This document shows, in pieces, positions 47,294 to 47,573 of a stretch of DNA of 47,573 bases (the first letter of the stretch is position 1; each line of letters starts with the position of its first letter). Below the pieces are notes generated by a model that made no database searches, was not told the origin of the DNA, and saw nothing but the letters and a program-made list of their open reading frames with translations. The position numbers were made by a program, and so were the translations under genes. This DNA is from Terriglobia bacterium (GTDB lineage: Bacteria > Acidobacteriota > Terriglobia > Versatilivoradales > Versatilivoraceae), in NCBI GenBank assembly GCA_035541995.1, contig DATKMG010000802.1, positions 1-47,573 of the forward strand, in the 5' to 3' direction.

Positions 47294-47573
47294 ATGAAGC
47301 CCCATATTGAAGTGGCTGCCGCCATCATTTGGCGTCAGGGAAGGATCCTGATCTCCCAGCGGGATGTAAACGCTCACCTTTCCGGCTATTGGGAGTTTCC
47401 GGGTGGAAAGCGTGAAGCGGGTGAATCGTTCGAGGAGTGCTTGGTCCGAGAGGTCAATGAGGAGCTGAATGTCAGAGTCGGGATTCAAAAGCTTCTCGAC
47501 ACGATTTCCTATGAATATCCTGAAAAGCACGTGACTCTGAAATTCTTCTATTGTGATTACCTGGAAGGAGAAC
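47294..47573 (+). CDS. Nudix hydrolase, MutT-like (8-oxo-dGTP diphosphatase family), 3'-partial
   Basis: My own translation is MKPHIEVAAAIIWRQGRILISQRDVNAHLSGYWEFPGGKREAGESFEECLVREVNEELNV, which contains the Nudix box GGKx5Ex7REVxEEL. The ORF runs off the window end, so it is absent from the ORF track. Confidence 0.82.
   Translation, partial: MKPHIEVAAAIIWRQGRILISQRDVNAHLSGYWEFPGGKREAGESFEECLVREVNEELNVRVGIQKLLDTISYEYPEKHVTLKFFYCDYLEGE

Noticed and set aside
1-47573. A search of the whole window for CRISPR arrays, rRNA genes, IS elements, transposases and integrases.
   Set aside because: I saw no regularly spaced direct repeats, no rRNA-like conserved blocks, and no DDE, serine or tyrosine recombinase-like ORFs.

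Overview
This 47.6 kb chromosomal window comes from a diderm bacterium. The gene content (lptB-rpoN-hpf-rapZ, futalosine mqnA, a long membrane-anchored OstA-repeat protein, a large TPR protein) fits an Acidobacteriota-like lineage, but the taxon cannot be fixed from sequence alone. Most of the window is ordinary, tightly packed housekeeping DNA:
- a 5'-partial relA/spoT, rpmB, tsaD and thrC;
- the rpsP-KH-rimM-trmD-rplS-rnhB block;
- a TPR protein, a thiE-like gene and a secreted hydrolase-like protein;
- an ABC-F ATPase, an S41 protease, lactate permease and mqnA;
- a minus-strand run of mutS2-dnaG-rpoD-tRNA(CAT)-COG1579-rnhA;
- a CDF transporter and a GAF-GGDEF cyclase;
- recJ and lptC/A-like-lptB-rpoN-hpf-rapZ;
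- tlpA-like, ribA, trxB and a 3'-partial mutT-like Nudix gene.

The one clearly accessory segment is about 13.85-19.2 kb. It is a same-strand cassette of four units:
- a RadC-like JAB protein, translationally coupled to the next gene;
- a type I HsdR-like nuclease/helicase that is frameshifted, truncated after its first RecA lobe and fused to an HsdS-like conserved helix;
- a GlnD/GlnE-like Pol-beta nucleotidyltransferase;
- an overlapping endonuclease-IV/xylose-isomerase-like TIM-barrel protein.

The nucleotidyltransferase plus TIM-barrel pair sits inside the remains of a type I restriction locus. It is my best candidate for an undescribed two-gene defence or toxin-antitoxin-like system.

Smaller observations are a GC-rich structured intergenic region upstream of tsaD, an RNase HI-DUF104 fusion, an LptC/LptA-like mega-protein, and inverted CGATTNN heptamer arrays bracketing the trxB-mutT spacer. 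I found no CRISPR array, rRNA, transposase or integrase.
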